Of a stretch of DNA of 64,000 nt, positions 25,401 through 39,000 are shown in pieces (the first letter of the stretch is position 1; the number at the start of each line of letters is the position of its first letter). A model generated the notes under the pieces. It did not search any database and was not told the DNA's origin. It saw only the letters and a program-made list of their open reading frames with translations. The stretch covers positions 29,946,001 to 30,010,000 of the forward strand of contig OZ004608.1 of assembly GCA_963924565.1 (NCBI GenBank). Direction: 5' to 3'. The position numbers and the translations under genes were made by a program. This DNA is from Ascidiella aspersa (taxonomy: Eukaryota).

Positions 25401-28400
25401 ATAAACAACACAATTTACCGCTGTTCGCTTTCTTGAAATCTCCGAAAGGCTTCTGGTGGAAGCTTAGGTTGACGTAGCTCTCACTCCCGGCTCCGACTCC
25501 GTGTTCCCTGATCCTCAGTTCCGGCAGGGAGGCTCGGATTCCGTTGTTGTTTGCTGATATGTCCCCGTAGTATGATATCCTAGACAGGGTGCATTTTAAG
25601 ATTTGGTATCAATGTAATTAAAATGCAATTTGTACAAAACTCAATTTGATGGTCTGCGATAATTTATCTTAAACGCCAAAGACTGAAGACCAATTTTATT
25701 GCGTAAATCGCCAACGATATACAGTTGCGTAACTACCAAAACGAATTAAAAACGCTCGTCAAACATGGTAAAATCTCGGCATTTGATAGTCTGATACCCA
25801 ATCAAGGTGAGTGCTCATTAATAGACAGTAACCCAACTGGTTAGTGCAAATATTAATTGAATATAAATCCTGTATGTCCTTTTCAACTTACTAAAAAACA
25901 GTCGAAGTCCTGAAAAAAGTAAAGCAATCCTGAAATACGTTTAACCTTTAATCGTCGCTTTTCGGTTTACAAGATTTAATGTGATTTCGGTTGGTAGCCA
26001 AATTTGTTTTAATCAAGCTCTGAAATTCAAGCGAATCTCTTGAGAGACTTTATTACAAAATACAAATTTAAAGTTAAAATTGCATTTTAATGTCACCAAG
26101 GTTAGCACAGCGGTTAACTGATCGCCGGAAAAGACCATTTTCAACAAAAAATACCATTTTAAACACTTTTTCAACTGCTCTTTACCTCCGGTTGCTCTCG
26201 TTCGGCTGGAGACAAAAAGAGTCCTCTTCATCAAGGACATCAAGAGCCGGGATGCTCTGAAAGCGATCGATCCAGGAGGGGTTTTTAGCTCCTCGCTCCT
26301 TGGCGCTTTGCCTCCTCTTTAACTGACGATCGTCATCACCATTGTTATTCGCCTCCTCCGCGTGCCGAAGACACAGATCCGGGACGCTCCCGGAAGTAAG
26401 AGGAGGAGGTTGAGGAGCAGTGAAGAGCTTCTTTGACCTTCCGCTCCTCCTGCGACGAACGGCGATGTTCTCGTGTCGCATTTGTGCCTGTTCCAGCGTC
26501 TTACGGATCCGGTCCAGCTCCGAGTCGTCGCCCCGGGCAACCGACGGCTTGACGTTGCTGTCGCCTTGGCAACGAGATTTTTTTTTTAGTTTTGTGGTGG
26601 TATCTAAGGACGTCCGATAGTTCGGATCGTTTCGGATAGCGATACCCGATGTTTTGACTATGAAGTACGACAGTGCGATTAAAAGCTGGACAGGGTTCAT
26701 TAATAAGTCGATTTAATAAAGTGTGTAAAATTAACACAAACAAATAGCGTAGTTTACTTCACAGATTGTTATGCCAGCATGTTAGTACAAAACTAATACC
26801 TTACCAGGAAAATATGTTCATTGGTTTTGACAAATAATATGCGGTATCCTTATTTATTACAATTAAGTTTCTCCATATGGATTTGATTTGGTCGAGTAAC
26901 AGAAGTTCGGCAATTAAAAGTACTTTTTTAGATATTACGTTGATATTAGGTTGTATTAATTTATTTTTTTATTTTTTGCAATTAAAAGTATTTTGTAGAT
27001 ATTACGTTGTACAATTACAAGAAACAAAAAAAATGACGTTGGACCTAAAAAATGTCTTTTACAAAACATTGTAGTTTGTAAACATATGTGTGCTTTTTAC
27101 ATAAACTTGGTATATAGCTCAACTGGAAGTTCTAATAACATTGTCTTAACCTTGCAAAGTTTAGGAAAAAATTAGGACTTTAAGTACGATAGGCGAAATA
27201 CTTAACTTTTGAGCAAAAGTTGTCAAGGTTATTACCTTCAATGGCGACGGTGTGTGTGTGTCCCCTGCACATTTCGTCCAAGAGTTCGCATCGAACCAGC
27301 ATCGTAGTGATTACGTCATGCAAGTCGACTGTGACTAGACAATCGGGCATCGCGTCAAAGTACTCCAGGATCGCCTTGAATACGTCTTTTTCGAAACCTA
27401 CGAAAGTTCAAAGTGTAAAAGTACTTGATTCTGAGTCTGTAGTGTAGAGTCAAGGGCGGTTCTTGCGAAAGCGATTGAAGTTAACGACAAAACTGGCCGC
27501 AATAAATCGATGGGCAATTCATTTGGCAAATAAACGACAAGAAACAGTGTTTTTAGGAATTTATACTTTACGCGGAATATAAGCTACCGAGTTTCGCATT
27601 GTGACAAACGTTGCTTAAATATGATTTTGTTAAACTATTATATCGTAAAAGTATTAAACTGTATATCTATTAAAATGTTTGAGAATTTTGTCTGAAAAAC
27701 AATGAATACTAAATAATATATAAAAATATTTTTACAAACATTTTAAGGGAAACTTTGATTGCATTTTTTTTTTGTGCAACTCGTGTCTATTGCAAAACAA
27801 AACTTCATAGATTAACATTTTTATTCCGTGTAATAAACCAAGCCTGGCTTTAAGAATGTGTCGGGCAAGTTTCGTATTTCATTACGAATTGCACACCATA
27901 GGTAAAACCAGGCCTGCGGAGTCGGTTAATAAAACAACCCGAGTCCGACCGAAAAACAATCAAGTTCCAATCCTGACTCGGAGTCCGGACAAATTTGCCG
28001 ATTCGAGCCTCGAGTCCGTCTACGACTCTACAATCTACATCCTGTATCACATCCATTTACGTGACTGGAATATGATGAATAATATACAGCAATCCAACCA
28101 TCGGAGTGTCATATAACTCATCCACCGGCAATACGTGTTTGGAAAATACTCCACCACACGCTGTTTTAACTTAACAATTTACAGCTTCGAACTTAAAACT
28201 GCGCACTTCGGACTCGGGTAGTCTTGCTCGAGTCCCGAGTCCGACTCCACGTCAATAAAGAAACTCGGTTGAGACCCAAGCCTGACTAGCCCTGGGTAAC
28301 AAAGCAAAAAAAATGGAAAACTGTAAACTTATATACCTTCGTAGTTAGGCAGTCCGCTGTCGGTGCTATCAGGCCACCCGGCCAAACACTTCATGGCACT

Positions 28401-31400
28401 CAGGATCCAGCAGGGCAGCTCCTCTTCCGGGCTCACGTGCACCACACCGGAGGGCGCTATTTTGGTGGCGTTGTGACGTAGCCAGTCGACGTTGAGCAGC
28501 CTTTCTGGCAGGACGTCGCTCACGTTTTGAAGGTGCAGGACTCTTCGCAGGCTAAAAAGAATATAAAAACATAATGGTTTTAAAGTAGTGTTTTTTAATT
28601 TGTTTTCCTCATGGCGAGCACCTGGTTACAACGAAATCACTTTGCTTAAATTTACGCTAGTTTAGTAGATCAACGGAATTAAGAAACAAATCGTTCATAG
28701 CGCTAAAGGCGCACTGAGTCATACGACATACGTAAGACCCGGAAATGCGGGCGTGCCACTGATAATAATCGCAAAACAGGTCGAGATACAATGCTTTTAA
28801 GCAACTTGTTAGACAAGCAAAGGGTATAGGTTTTGGCAATTATAAAGTTTTAGCTATTTTAAAATTAAAAGGTAGTTACAAAATTAGTAAATAATCTAAA
28901 AGCCCAGTTAATTTACTTCTGTGACGAGTTTTCAAAGTAATTTATACATGAAAAGCTACGCTTTACAAACAGTTAAACCAACTGTTCACTATAAGCGACA
29001 GAACACAACCAACGGTAACACTAGCATAGCTGAATCATCAAGCGCATATTGCAATGGTGAGAAATTATTTTCAATTTAAACAGATGATGGAAAAAACGTT
29101 TTTGATTTAAAACTTCAAGATGATCGCCATAGATGCTTCTTGTGGCTTTCCCTTTTCCCAGTGTTTGTAAATGACACTTTTAAACGCACAGCGTTTAGTA
29201 GCTGTCCGGAACTCTAGTTTAAGAACATTTCTTAAAGCTAGAGCGCTTATTTGAGAATCACGGATATACGTCAGGCCAGCATGACCCCACGACGCAAACA
29301 CTAATTAGTTTATTTAAAACAACCCTACTAAACGATATTCAAATTGATGATTTACCACCTCAGGAAAGGTCAAACGATGCACAAACAAATTCTTCGCGTT
29401 GTAACTCGCACGTAAAGAAAAATCAACAATAAATAACGGTACCATGTCAGGAAAGATTTCCTCCAGACCACTTCGGTTTCCTTAGGTGACAGCTCCATTC
29501 CGACTTGATCGACTGACACACTTGCGTCTTGGCTCGCACCTTTCCAGCTCTGCACGAGCCCATTGTCCCCTCGCTCCAACCTAATGGCCGGTGCAATCTA
29601 AACAAAGCGCTGGCAATTACAGATAATTTGTACCCGGGTTGAGAGGCCCTTTGTATCGCGAGGTGTGCGTGATACAGGGTGGCACAATTTCAATTTTATT
29701 TTAAAGTTTAGTTTACCTAGAAAAGAAATATATAAAGAATCCTATGACCAAGAAAATTATTTTTATTGGTTGAAGTAAAAACGAACTTGCTACGATGTTG
29801 TAATACGTGCCACAAACACCAACCCTTTTTGATTGCTAATTAGTAATCATAATCATTCAACAATTCAATGTTGTGGAATGCAATTTAAACAGATAATACA
29901 TTAAAGTTGTTAAGTGGATATATATTTTGAAAAATTATAACCATAGAAAAAAAAACATTAAATTTAATAAGACCAGACACAATTTCCTCTAAAGCTACTT
30001 AAAAATCATTACAAATAATAATGTACAAATAATGTTCTATTTGGTAAGTTTGTTACCTGAGTGAGGTTCGGAGTCGATTTGTATTTCTCTTTTTTAATTT
30101 TGGGTTGAATTTTGTCCTTGTTATTGGGTACATTTGTGTTTGCTTGAAGAAGTGCGAGCGGTTGCCGAATTGATTCAAACGGGGACTCAGTCACAGGAAA
30201 CCTAAAAATTATTTGTATTAAACTTATTGAGTTTAGGCCACTTCTTAAACTGTTGGTAGTCTTGGAAAATATACAGTTAGTATGGCTAGAGAAATTTTCA
30301 AGAATACTTTTTTTTTGTCTATAACAATTAAAAATAGTGAGAAAAGTTAAATATTCTCTTATTACGTTTTATGTTATTCAGGTCATTACTTTTTTGACCA
30401 CATGCAATATTTGAACTGCCATTTTGTTAAATCTTGCAATCTTTGAACTGCAAGTTATTTTCATATTGACATGGTTTTAGTACATAATATATATTTTTTT
30501 TAAATTATGCATAGGCTAAACAGGCAGTTGCAAATTGTTCGTCACAAGTCTGTATGCTTTGTTCAATAAACTGCACGATTGAGAAATATGTATAAAAAAT
30601 TGCAGCATAGATTTCTGCAACACCTATAAAGTTGTCCATTGTCGGCGAAATCCTCTGAACCCCACTGGCCTTGAATATCTTCGAACACATGATTTTTGAG
30701 AAACTTTTTTAGCAGCTGGATGGTCTGGTGCCTGGTGACCTATCACAATGTAGGAATAAATAATGGAAAATAGTTAGCTTTGAAAATTGCACTGAATTAA
30801 TGAAAGAAAACAACTGTACAAAAAAGTATCACATTAAAATTCCACAAATACTTTATTTCCATTTAAAAATATAGAAAAAATTGAGGGTTAAAAATGGTAA
30901 TATATTGGCAGAAAAATCGGCAATGATCTAGAATCCACTTTTTTAATGGTATAAAATCTTGTTATTAATTGAAATTAATAGACAAGGATGAAATAAATAA
31001 GGGATATCAATTTAATATTAATAATACTCAACTCACCCAAACACTACTTACTTGAGTATTTTAATTTAAGCGCTAACGGAAAAATAAACATTACTTACTT
31101 ACTTACTTACTACCTCGCACCTCAACCTGAATAATGTTAGCGAAATAAAGACAAAAATGTGGTAGGATGTTAGACTAGCGGCAAAATAATGCTTTAGAAG
31201 TGATGATTATACAACTCAAAACTTTGTTGCTTAACCTTTAGTTTTGATTTTTAAACATTTTTATTGCTTTTATACCTGAGGACCAAAGTTTCCATTTGCC
31301 TTTAATAACGCATGGAGCCATTCAATTGCCTCGTTGGCAGTGAAACAGTCATCATATGTTTTGAGCAGTTGCCTGTGTTTCTTGGTTGGTATTCCTGCTT

Positions 31401-32130
31401 GAAAGAGGCGGACAACCTCATTCCACTAAAAATAGGTAAAACAACAATGGGTAATTAATTGTTAAAAAGAAGTCCCTCAAGTATTGTAGAAAACAAATTC
31501 TTAAAGTGGTGTATTATAGGTATCAACAAAAAAATAATTTTAGGCCTCATTTAAATTAAGCTAAAGTCCAAAACGATTAAAAAGTTTACTGTTTAGTAAG
31601 TTCACTGATCATGACATAACATATCAACAATAAATACATTTTAAAGTAAATCCTAACATCAAGCTTTAAGTCAACCTAAACAATAATTACACAATGGAGT
31701 TTTAGTCTGTAGTCCATGGCACTATTCGCCAAGATCTGTGGATATGCCGCTTAAAATTTTTTAAATTTATATCAATAATAATATTGCAATAATGTTAATT
31801 GATTAAATTCTGATTGATTGCTTCGAATAATATGTAAAAAATCGCTATTTTAATCACTTGCACTGATATTACATTTAAATGATGAAATTTTGAGCTGTGT
31901 GATCCACAGATCTTGACAAATGAGTAACATTAAATGTAGGTGTGCATCAAGGTATATGCACACTTGAGGTTCCTATTACCACAACTCAAACTTTTTGTAA
32001 AGTTTTTGTGAAATTATATTAGATGGGCTGCCCACTTGCCACAGAATGCAGACTTATGCAAATCAATTTAGCCAATTACCAATTTAGTAGCTCGGTAAGG
32101 TCCATGAGGAATGTGTCCAGACGATATCAT
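19441..32130 (-). CDS. DEPDC1: DEP domain-containing protein 1/1B-like (DEP + RhoGAP-like), ~1085 aa. 17 exons: 32130-32080, 31425-31276, 30739-30624, 30201-30057, 29597-29443, 28551-28337, 27397-27236, 26657-26186, 25579-25419, 25277-24786, 23519-23255, 22785-22583, 22092-22011, 21461-21371, 20981-20739, 20147-20022, 19569-19441
   Basis: Exons join in phase. The N-terminus [28 protein letters not shown]...[27 protein letters not shown] and the motifs [46 protein letters not shown] and [18 protein letters not shown] are all DEPDC1-family hallmarks. An alternative last junction (acceptor at 19161, ending ...NFRL*) is possible. Confidence 0.92.
21749..21837 (+). mobile_element. Fragment of the tRNA-containing retroposon
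   Basis: GTCCCGGCTTGACCAGAGGACGTGAGTTCGAATCTTACCGCAGGCTAGTTGTTTTCT matches 9707-9764. Confidence 0.75.
21858..21962. repeat. Minisatellite, ~4 copies of a ~23-29 bp unit
   Basis: GACACATT(T)GTGTATAAG(TATGTT) is repeated. Confidence 0.75.
23912..24730. mobile_element. MITE (CAGG(G/C)CTGCGGAGTCGG family) interrupted by a younger element
   Basis: Ends are CAGGCCTGCGAGTTCGG...GAGTCCGACCCCGTAGCCCTG. The interior resembles 27909-28294. Confidence 0.6.
24188..24638. mobile_element. hAT MITE nested in 23912-24730
   Basis: TIRs CAGGGGTGGGCAAA / TTTGCCCTCCCCTG. 8-bp TSD GTATACTT (24180-24187) / GTATACTC (24639-24646). Confidence 0.85.
27909..28294. mobile_element. MITE (CAGG(G/C)CTGCGGAGTCGG family)
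   Basis: Ends are CAGGCCTGCGGAGTCGG...GACTAGCCCTG, with GAGTCCGA subrepeats. Flanks are ggtaaaac/ggtaacaa. Confidence 0.65.
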
Positions 32131-33074
32131 TTTCTTGATGCTGGTAATTTGGTTATTCACATTCCATTGGCAAATTCAAAAACTAGCCAAAGCACAAGTG
32201 CACAACTACAAGAAAATACGATAAAATTGCATTCAAGTCCATATTTGAGGCTATTAATTGAACGTTAATTACTAGAACAATCATCAACTCGAAACGAATC
32301 AGCCTCATAAAACAATTTTAAGCAAAACGATGGATTGCTAAATTGCCTGTCTCTAACCAGAATAGTATTTTTTTCAACTGTTGATCGCGGCCTCATCTAT
32401 CCCATATATAGTTGTAATTTAAACTGTATTCTATTTTCGCCTGTTGTTCTTGTCTCTAACTTTCATTAAGAATTATTACTACTGTAATTAATTTAATTTT
32501 AGAGCACTTACGTGGTTATTTGCAAAATTCTGCAACTTTGCTAATTTGTAATTCGCGCTGGGCTAAGGTGCGCCACGTATAGCGCTAAAGAGTAAATTAT
32601 TTTTAACGGGAGTACTATTTCAAAATCATTTATTAACCAAAAGAACACGGATTCCAAAGTCTTTTTTTATTTGCTGTATATACAAAATTTAGCACACGGT
32701 TAATACAGATGAATATTTGGCACACCATAAGTAGAGATGAACATTTGACACATAATAAAATAATTAAGCTTGAGAATAATAAAAAACTCCTATAAACCGT
32801 GTAGTGAAAACTACAAAAATCGTTAAAGTATCAAAAACTGTTTACAGGTTATTGTATTTCCAACGAGTGTAGTAGTTTTGTTATTATTATACGTTGCAAT
32901 GAAATGCACAGTGGAGACTTTTTAGGATAGGGCTTAAATTAGGCTACATAATGTACAACTGACTAGTCTAAACTATCACCGAACACAAAACTATATAGAA
33001 ATTACTACTACACAAAGCTCAATTCATGTTTGACCCACATATAAAGGACCGTCAAACATTTTATGATGCTCTTT

Positions 33075-36000
33075 TTACCACTGGCCAGGCCCCTTCCGCC
33101 CATGATCACTTGTGTTGGAGAATGGATTGGGGTCGTACTGATCGCAGACACGAAAGGGCTGAACCGCGATGCATTTGTTGACCATGACCAAAGCGGTTCG
33201 AGACGGAAGATAGACCTTAACAAAATTCAAAGGTTAAAACAAATAATACATTTAAAATAACCGGATCGGCCTTGTTCTGGCCAACTGCAAAGACAGCATT
33301 GGTTTGTTAACTGTTGAAATAGTTTTCAGACCAAAACATTTTTTATATTCATGATTTACATAAATGTTTGACATCAAGATTTTACATTTCCTCGCTATTT
33401 CAATAGTAAATTTTCATTAATATGGTATCACCTGAACATTTTTAGTCTTTTATGAATCACAATTTAACATCTTAAATCACATAACTCATTAAGACAATGT
33501 TTACCTGTACGGAGTTGTTTCTGTTGTCGAAGCTTCCAGACTCAGTGTTGAAATCCACGCTTGATTCAATCCTTCCGTAGCCTCCGTAGTAACTGTTATC
33601 GCTGTCAAGGACGATTTTGTATCTGAAAGCAAATCTCGAGTTTACAAGTGTGATTGCGAAACTTGTCATTTTTTTATATTTTAGCACGGTCTGTAAGCAT
33701 ATGTAACTTTACTCACTGTTTCAATATATTTATCCAATATGGCGCCAAAAAATCTTGTCAGCTTGGTAACATTGCCGTTCTTGTGGAGTTCGAAAGATAT
33801 TTTTGCAAATATGTTATACCGTAATATCGGTTTGAGTTATACTTTAACCGTACTACAGAGGGCGACTTTTAAGCACCTCTAATTAAAAGCACATCTTTCA
33901 AAATTGTAGGTTTCAAAAGGCTGAAGGCATTCAAGGGCACAAGCTCTTTACTTACGTTCCAGCCTTGTCAACTCCAACACGGTATCCGGGATAGCTCTTG
34001 GTTGGATGAAAGTTGAAGAGAAAAAGCAAGTCGGCCCGCTCGAAGACGAACACCTTGTCTCCCTCGTGTTTTCGACTCACATAGCCCTGTTAAAGAAAGG
34101 CAATATAGCACTGAAAATACTTGGAAACCGTTATCCATGTGGTAAAATGAGTGAGATAGGATACGTTAAAATATTTGTTTACGGCAGTGAAAGTAAGTCG
34201 GAAAGGTTTTTTTTTGGTACATATTATCCGTAAAAAATGTTCCTTTTTTACCAGGCCATGTTCTTTTTTCAACAGGCTTTCCTTTATAATTAAAAAAGTT
34301 TTTAAGTTGTATAGTGGTGCACTACATCGAGCGATAACCTCAGGTTCCTATGATTCCTTTTTAGACGTTCCGTTGTGACGTAATATTGTTACGTCATCTC
34401 TGAAAAATTCCATGCGTTACAGTAAAAAAAAATCACTGTTTCCGTAAGAAAATTATTCTACACTACCATTACTTGTTTGGTATATTTGCATTACGATAGA
34501 AAATGCCGTTTTTATTGGCTCAAAATTTACAATTGGGCATAATTCTTCACTGTTAAAAAATACCTACAAATTGGACCTATTTAAGAAGAAGAAACTACAA
34601 GCCAGTACAACAAAAATATAGTCTTTACCGGTGCAGAACAGAGCCATCCGTGCTGTTGTTCCAGCTCGTTGAGAGCCTTCTCGAAGCGAGCGAGGAACTT
34701 GTAGCGTAGCTGCTGGTCGTCACACAGCTCGTAGCGACGCCGGGAAAACTCCAAGCTCCAAGAGTTGTGCTCCGACGGCAGCTCCAGCTGATCTGGATGC
34801 CCGAACTCGTTGCCTGGCAACAAAGATTTTAAAGTCTCAACTTTTGTCTAGTGATTTTTAATAAGGGAAGGACTGGAGGTATCGATGCTTTGGATTGTTA
34901 AAAATTACGAAATATGTGTGTATAGCCGACTCGATTCGGAGTTTTACACTAGGGAATTTATTGTGGTATTACTTTTTAGATTTTAACATAAATAATGAAT
35001 ATGTTGGTTAAGGGGAATATGGCCATCCTAAACGTTTTATACTCAACATTCAGAATAAGATCGACACAAGAATAGAATAATTAACTGCACTGCTTTCAAA
35101 ATACAATTTACTGAAATCCGTTCGACATATTGTACTGTATAAGAAATATTTACCTGAGGTTTAATATGGAGTTGAAATACTTTCAAAATATGTTTAAGCA
35201 TTTTGACCAATCCTCAATATATATGTTGTATATAGGCTAGCAAGAATTTACCTTACGGATGGGCGAACCTACTTACCCATGAAGTTCATGTAACTCTCCC
35301 CAGCCAAGGAGTGGGTCATCAAGCGAATCATCTTGTGCAGCGCCATGCCCCTTTCCACCCCAGGGGTGATGGGTTTCGATTCGGACATGTTGTGGCAAAG
35401 TTCGTTGCCCATCAACTTGGAAATCAGGGTCTGTTGTCCTGCCATGCTCTGCGAGTGAATCACACATCATTAAATGGCACAGTATTCAGCATAAAATATA
35501 CTAAAGTGTTTTCATGTTTGCATGGACGAGTTTACCATAAAGGTAAGTATGGGTATTGTTTTAAATTTAAACCTTTTTATATAGGCAAATACCGCCCTGT
35601 GGTTTTGGACATAAAATTGATTTACTAGCTTAAGCAGTTAATTAGGCTGTATTGTTTAATTTGAAAAATATACCGGTTTGTGATGCTTGATATCACAATA
35701 AAGTATTAGGAAAAGTGTATACCAGGCAGAACAAACTTAACGCTTGATCTGGGCGTAAATGAAACAATACACAACAAATGAATGTTCACACTTACCTGTT
35801 GGCGACTTTCAGCCATAGCAACTGTTTTTTCTCCTTTGCGTTTCTGGGTCATGGCGTGGAAAATAAATCCCATGTTCCAGTCTTCATCTCTGCTCTCATC
35901 CAATAACTGTAAGCAGAACACAAGGTTTTCCAATTATAAATCAAACGTTGATCAGTAATTTTTTATTACTACGCTCGTCTCAATTTATTGAACTATAGGG

Positions 36001-39000
36001 TGGCATGAGCAATTTGACTAATCATATAAAGTAGAATAAATTGTTAATTGAATATTGTTCCAACAGTTCAACGTCACCAAAACTTAATGGTGTTCCGAAA
36101 CCTACAGTTTTTTCAAACGCTCACCTTCACCCATTTGTTGGGAACCGAGGTTCCGAGCTTGTAGTCGAATCCGAATCCACCTTCGCGGATCGATCGGCAC
36201 ATTCCTGGCATTTCTGATTCTTGCTGCATGCAATAGAAAACAATCAACTTTAAGTTATAGGCCTAAGTTGCAAAAACTTTTTGCTACATATATTGTACAT
36301 TGTAGCCAGAACCTTACATCTAAATGAAGCCGCTCGAAACTTACCTGAGCAATCGTGAGGACGTTTGGGAAGAAGCTGTGAAGCATGTCGTTGGCCAATG
36401 TCAGGTAAGCAATCGATTCAAGATCGATGTGGGTGCCAAAGTACTGTCGGTAGTCGTCAGACCAACGACGACCTGACAAAAGTCTCTGGTGTTAGGACCA
36501 AACCAGTAATGTCAATAAAAAACATTTAGCTTTCAGCAAACGTTAAGTTAAGTTTATCAAATGTTTGCAAAGACTAATAAATAGGCACGGGGCTAGTGCA
36601 TTGCTTAGGCCTTAGGCGTTGCTTTATAGCTCTATCATATACCTTCGCTGCGGTCGTGATAAATCATGGAATCGACTCCGTTGAACCTGAATCCGTCAAA
36701 GTTGAACTCGTCCATGAAATAACGGAGGTTGGACATCAGAAACCGCAGCACTTCCCATCTGGGGACAAAACAGTATATGATAATCTGCTGTTAGACGAAC
36801 CTATACGCGGTTACACTAGCGATTTTCATGAATGCGTTGCCTATCTATATGTAAGATGGCGATTAATGAAATATTAAAAAGCAAATTAAAAATTGAGCCT
36901 ATTTTTTACAGTTGCCTTTGCCTTGCTACCAATTCATGGAAGATTAAAAAACCTTGCGACACTAAAGATTAAAAAATATTGTGACACTATTAAGGCGGAG
37001 TTAATCAGCTGGCCAAGAACCATAGTAATTTCCGTACTTCGTGTAGTTAAACAATCGCGTTTGGCTCCGTTCCCTGGTGCCGCGTCTGCCCTCGTGAAAA
37101 TAACCGTCCACTGATCCGTCGAACATGCTCAGGCCGGTCTTGGCCATGTTGGAAGCCTCGTTGTGGTGGACGTCCATCATGACCGTAATGCCAATGCCGT
37201 GAGCGCTGTTAATGAGCATCTTAAGGTCCTCCGGGCTTCCGAAACGGCTGCAAATTAAACTGATGATTTAAACCGAATGCTGTTTTTTGCCCATGGATAT
37301 CATTTAGGCGTATATTAAGTGCTTTAAAATCGATATAAGTAAAATATTAGGTAGTTCTATGACAAGAATTTCATTTGTAGCCAATTTTACTATACATATT
37401 TATTTTATTTCAATTTAACTATTATTTCAATGTATTTGTCGGGATGTTTATTGTTTAAAATATTCCTTTTGGCTATACGAAATTAGTTTACATTTTACAT
37501 TTCACTTGGAAGTACGTGGTAGGCAAGCAAACATATATTAGGCTATGTACTTTACGTCAGCTATATTTTGACTTTGTTTGAAACTTTGACCGAGCTCAAG
37601 GCCTTTTTTTTATCTAATTTTTTTCTCGCTTAACTGTATGCACTTGTCACGTCTTAGTTCCAATTTAATAATTGTTTGAAGTTTAAAATTGATTTAAAAT
37701 TGATTTGCCATTGGTTTGTGGTTTTTACGTTTTTATGCCAAAATATTTCGAGTTTGTAATAATTTCAACTCGATATTATTATACCTTCCGGTACTACATT
37801 ATTCATCTCACAAAACCTCACACGGTATATTAAGACCATTACATACAGCACACACAAGCGTCGTACCTCGACACGGCAAAGAAGTTGGCCACCCTTTCGC
37901 CGAAGCTGGCGTATTGCGGGTGTTCCATGACGGCCAGCAGCAGGACGCAGTTGTAGCCCATCTCGCGGATGCGGGGAAGCACCTCGTGAGCGAACTGCCG
38001 GTAGGTGGCGACCTGGGGACGCACTGAGGCGGAACCGATGTGAGCCTCGTAGATGCGAAGACGCTCGGGCTTGGGTGGTCGTCTGTTGGTTGGCTGTGAA
38101 GAAACAGGTGGAAACACTTTTTAGGTGTTTGCTCAAATTGTTTTTTTAGGTGATGCTTGCAATGTTATGTGGCCTGTAGCAAAGTTCTGTAGTATTTTGA
38201 AGCAAACTGGTTGGTTTCATCAACCAATTAAATTATAAAAACGATTTAAACCTTGCATATTTTAAGAATATTTTTTTTTTTTTTTTTTATGCCTATTTCG
38301 GACAAGCTTTTTCAAAATATTTAAGGGTTAATTTTTTGTCCAGTCAGTTTTTGCAAATTAGCATATTTGTGTTTATGCGGATTGTAGCCATTATGATAGA
38401 ATGTCTTAAGCCTTAAATGGCTGATTTTACCGTAAGATATTATTCAAATTTTTGTGTAAAATTTGTTCGACTAAGAAACATATTTGTAATAGTAATGGCT
38501 ATAGCTTTTCATAATCCATGCACTTTACTTCAGTAAAACCACAACATTTTTCTATATTTACTTATTCTTGTTTTATCAAATCGCAGTGTTAATGCATAAC
38601 GCTTGATCGTAAAACCAAAGTAAGAAATTAAGAATGTAATCATTGATCGAATTTCGTTAGAAGGTATCAATCAGCGGCTATTTAATTGCATTGATATCCT
38701 CATGGTAAGAGCTTATCATTGTTGGCTTAACATTTAACAACAAGCTTTTCTACCAATAAAACATTTTTGCTTTCCAACCACAATCTCTCACCAAGCAGAC
38801 TTCGCTCCTGGGAGGATTCCACATCCTCCATTTCCGCGATGAGGAGTTGTTTTCCTCCACGAGGTATCTTGCCCAGGGAGACACCCTATCGATTCGCTGC
38901 TCTCCCTGCTTCCCATTGTTCTTCGTCTCAATAACGATCTGCGAAAGAAAATATAAAAGTTTGGATATTGACAAATTTTCTCCGGTGCCGCGTCTTGCCT

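Noticed and set aside
26182-26700. Standalone secreted 172-aa protein (hydrophobic N-terminus [15 protein letters not shown])
   Set aside because: The hydrophobic start is intron sequence before the acceptor at 26658. The rest fits in phase as DEPDC1 exon 8.
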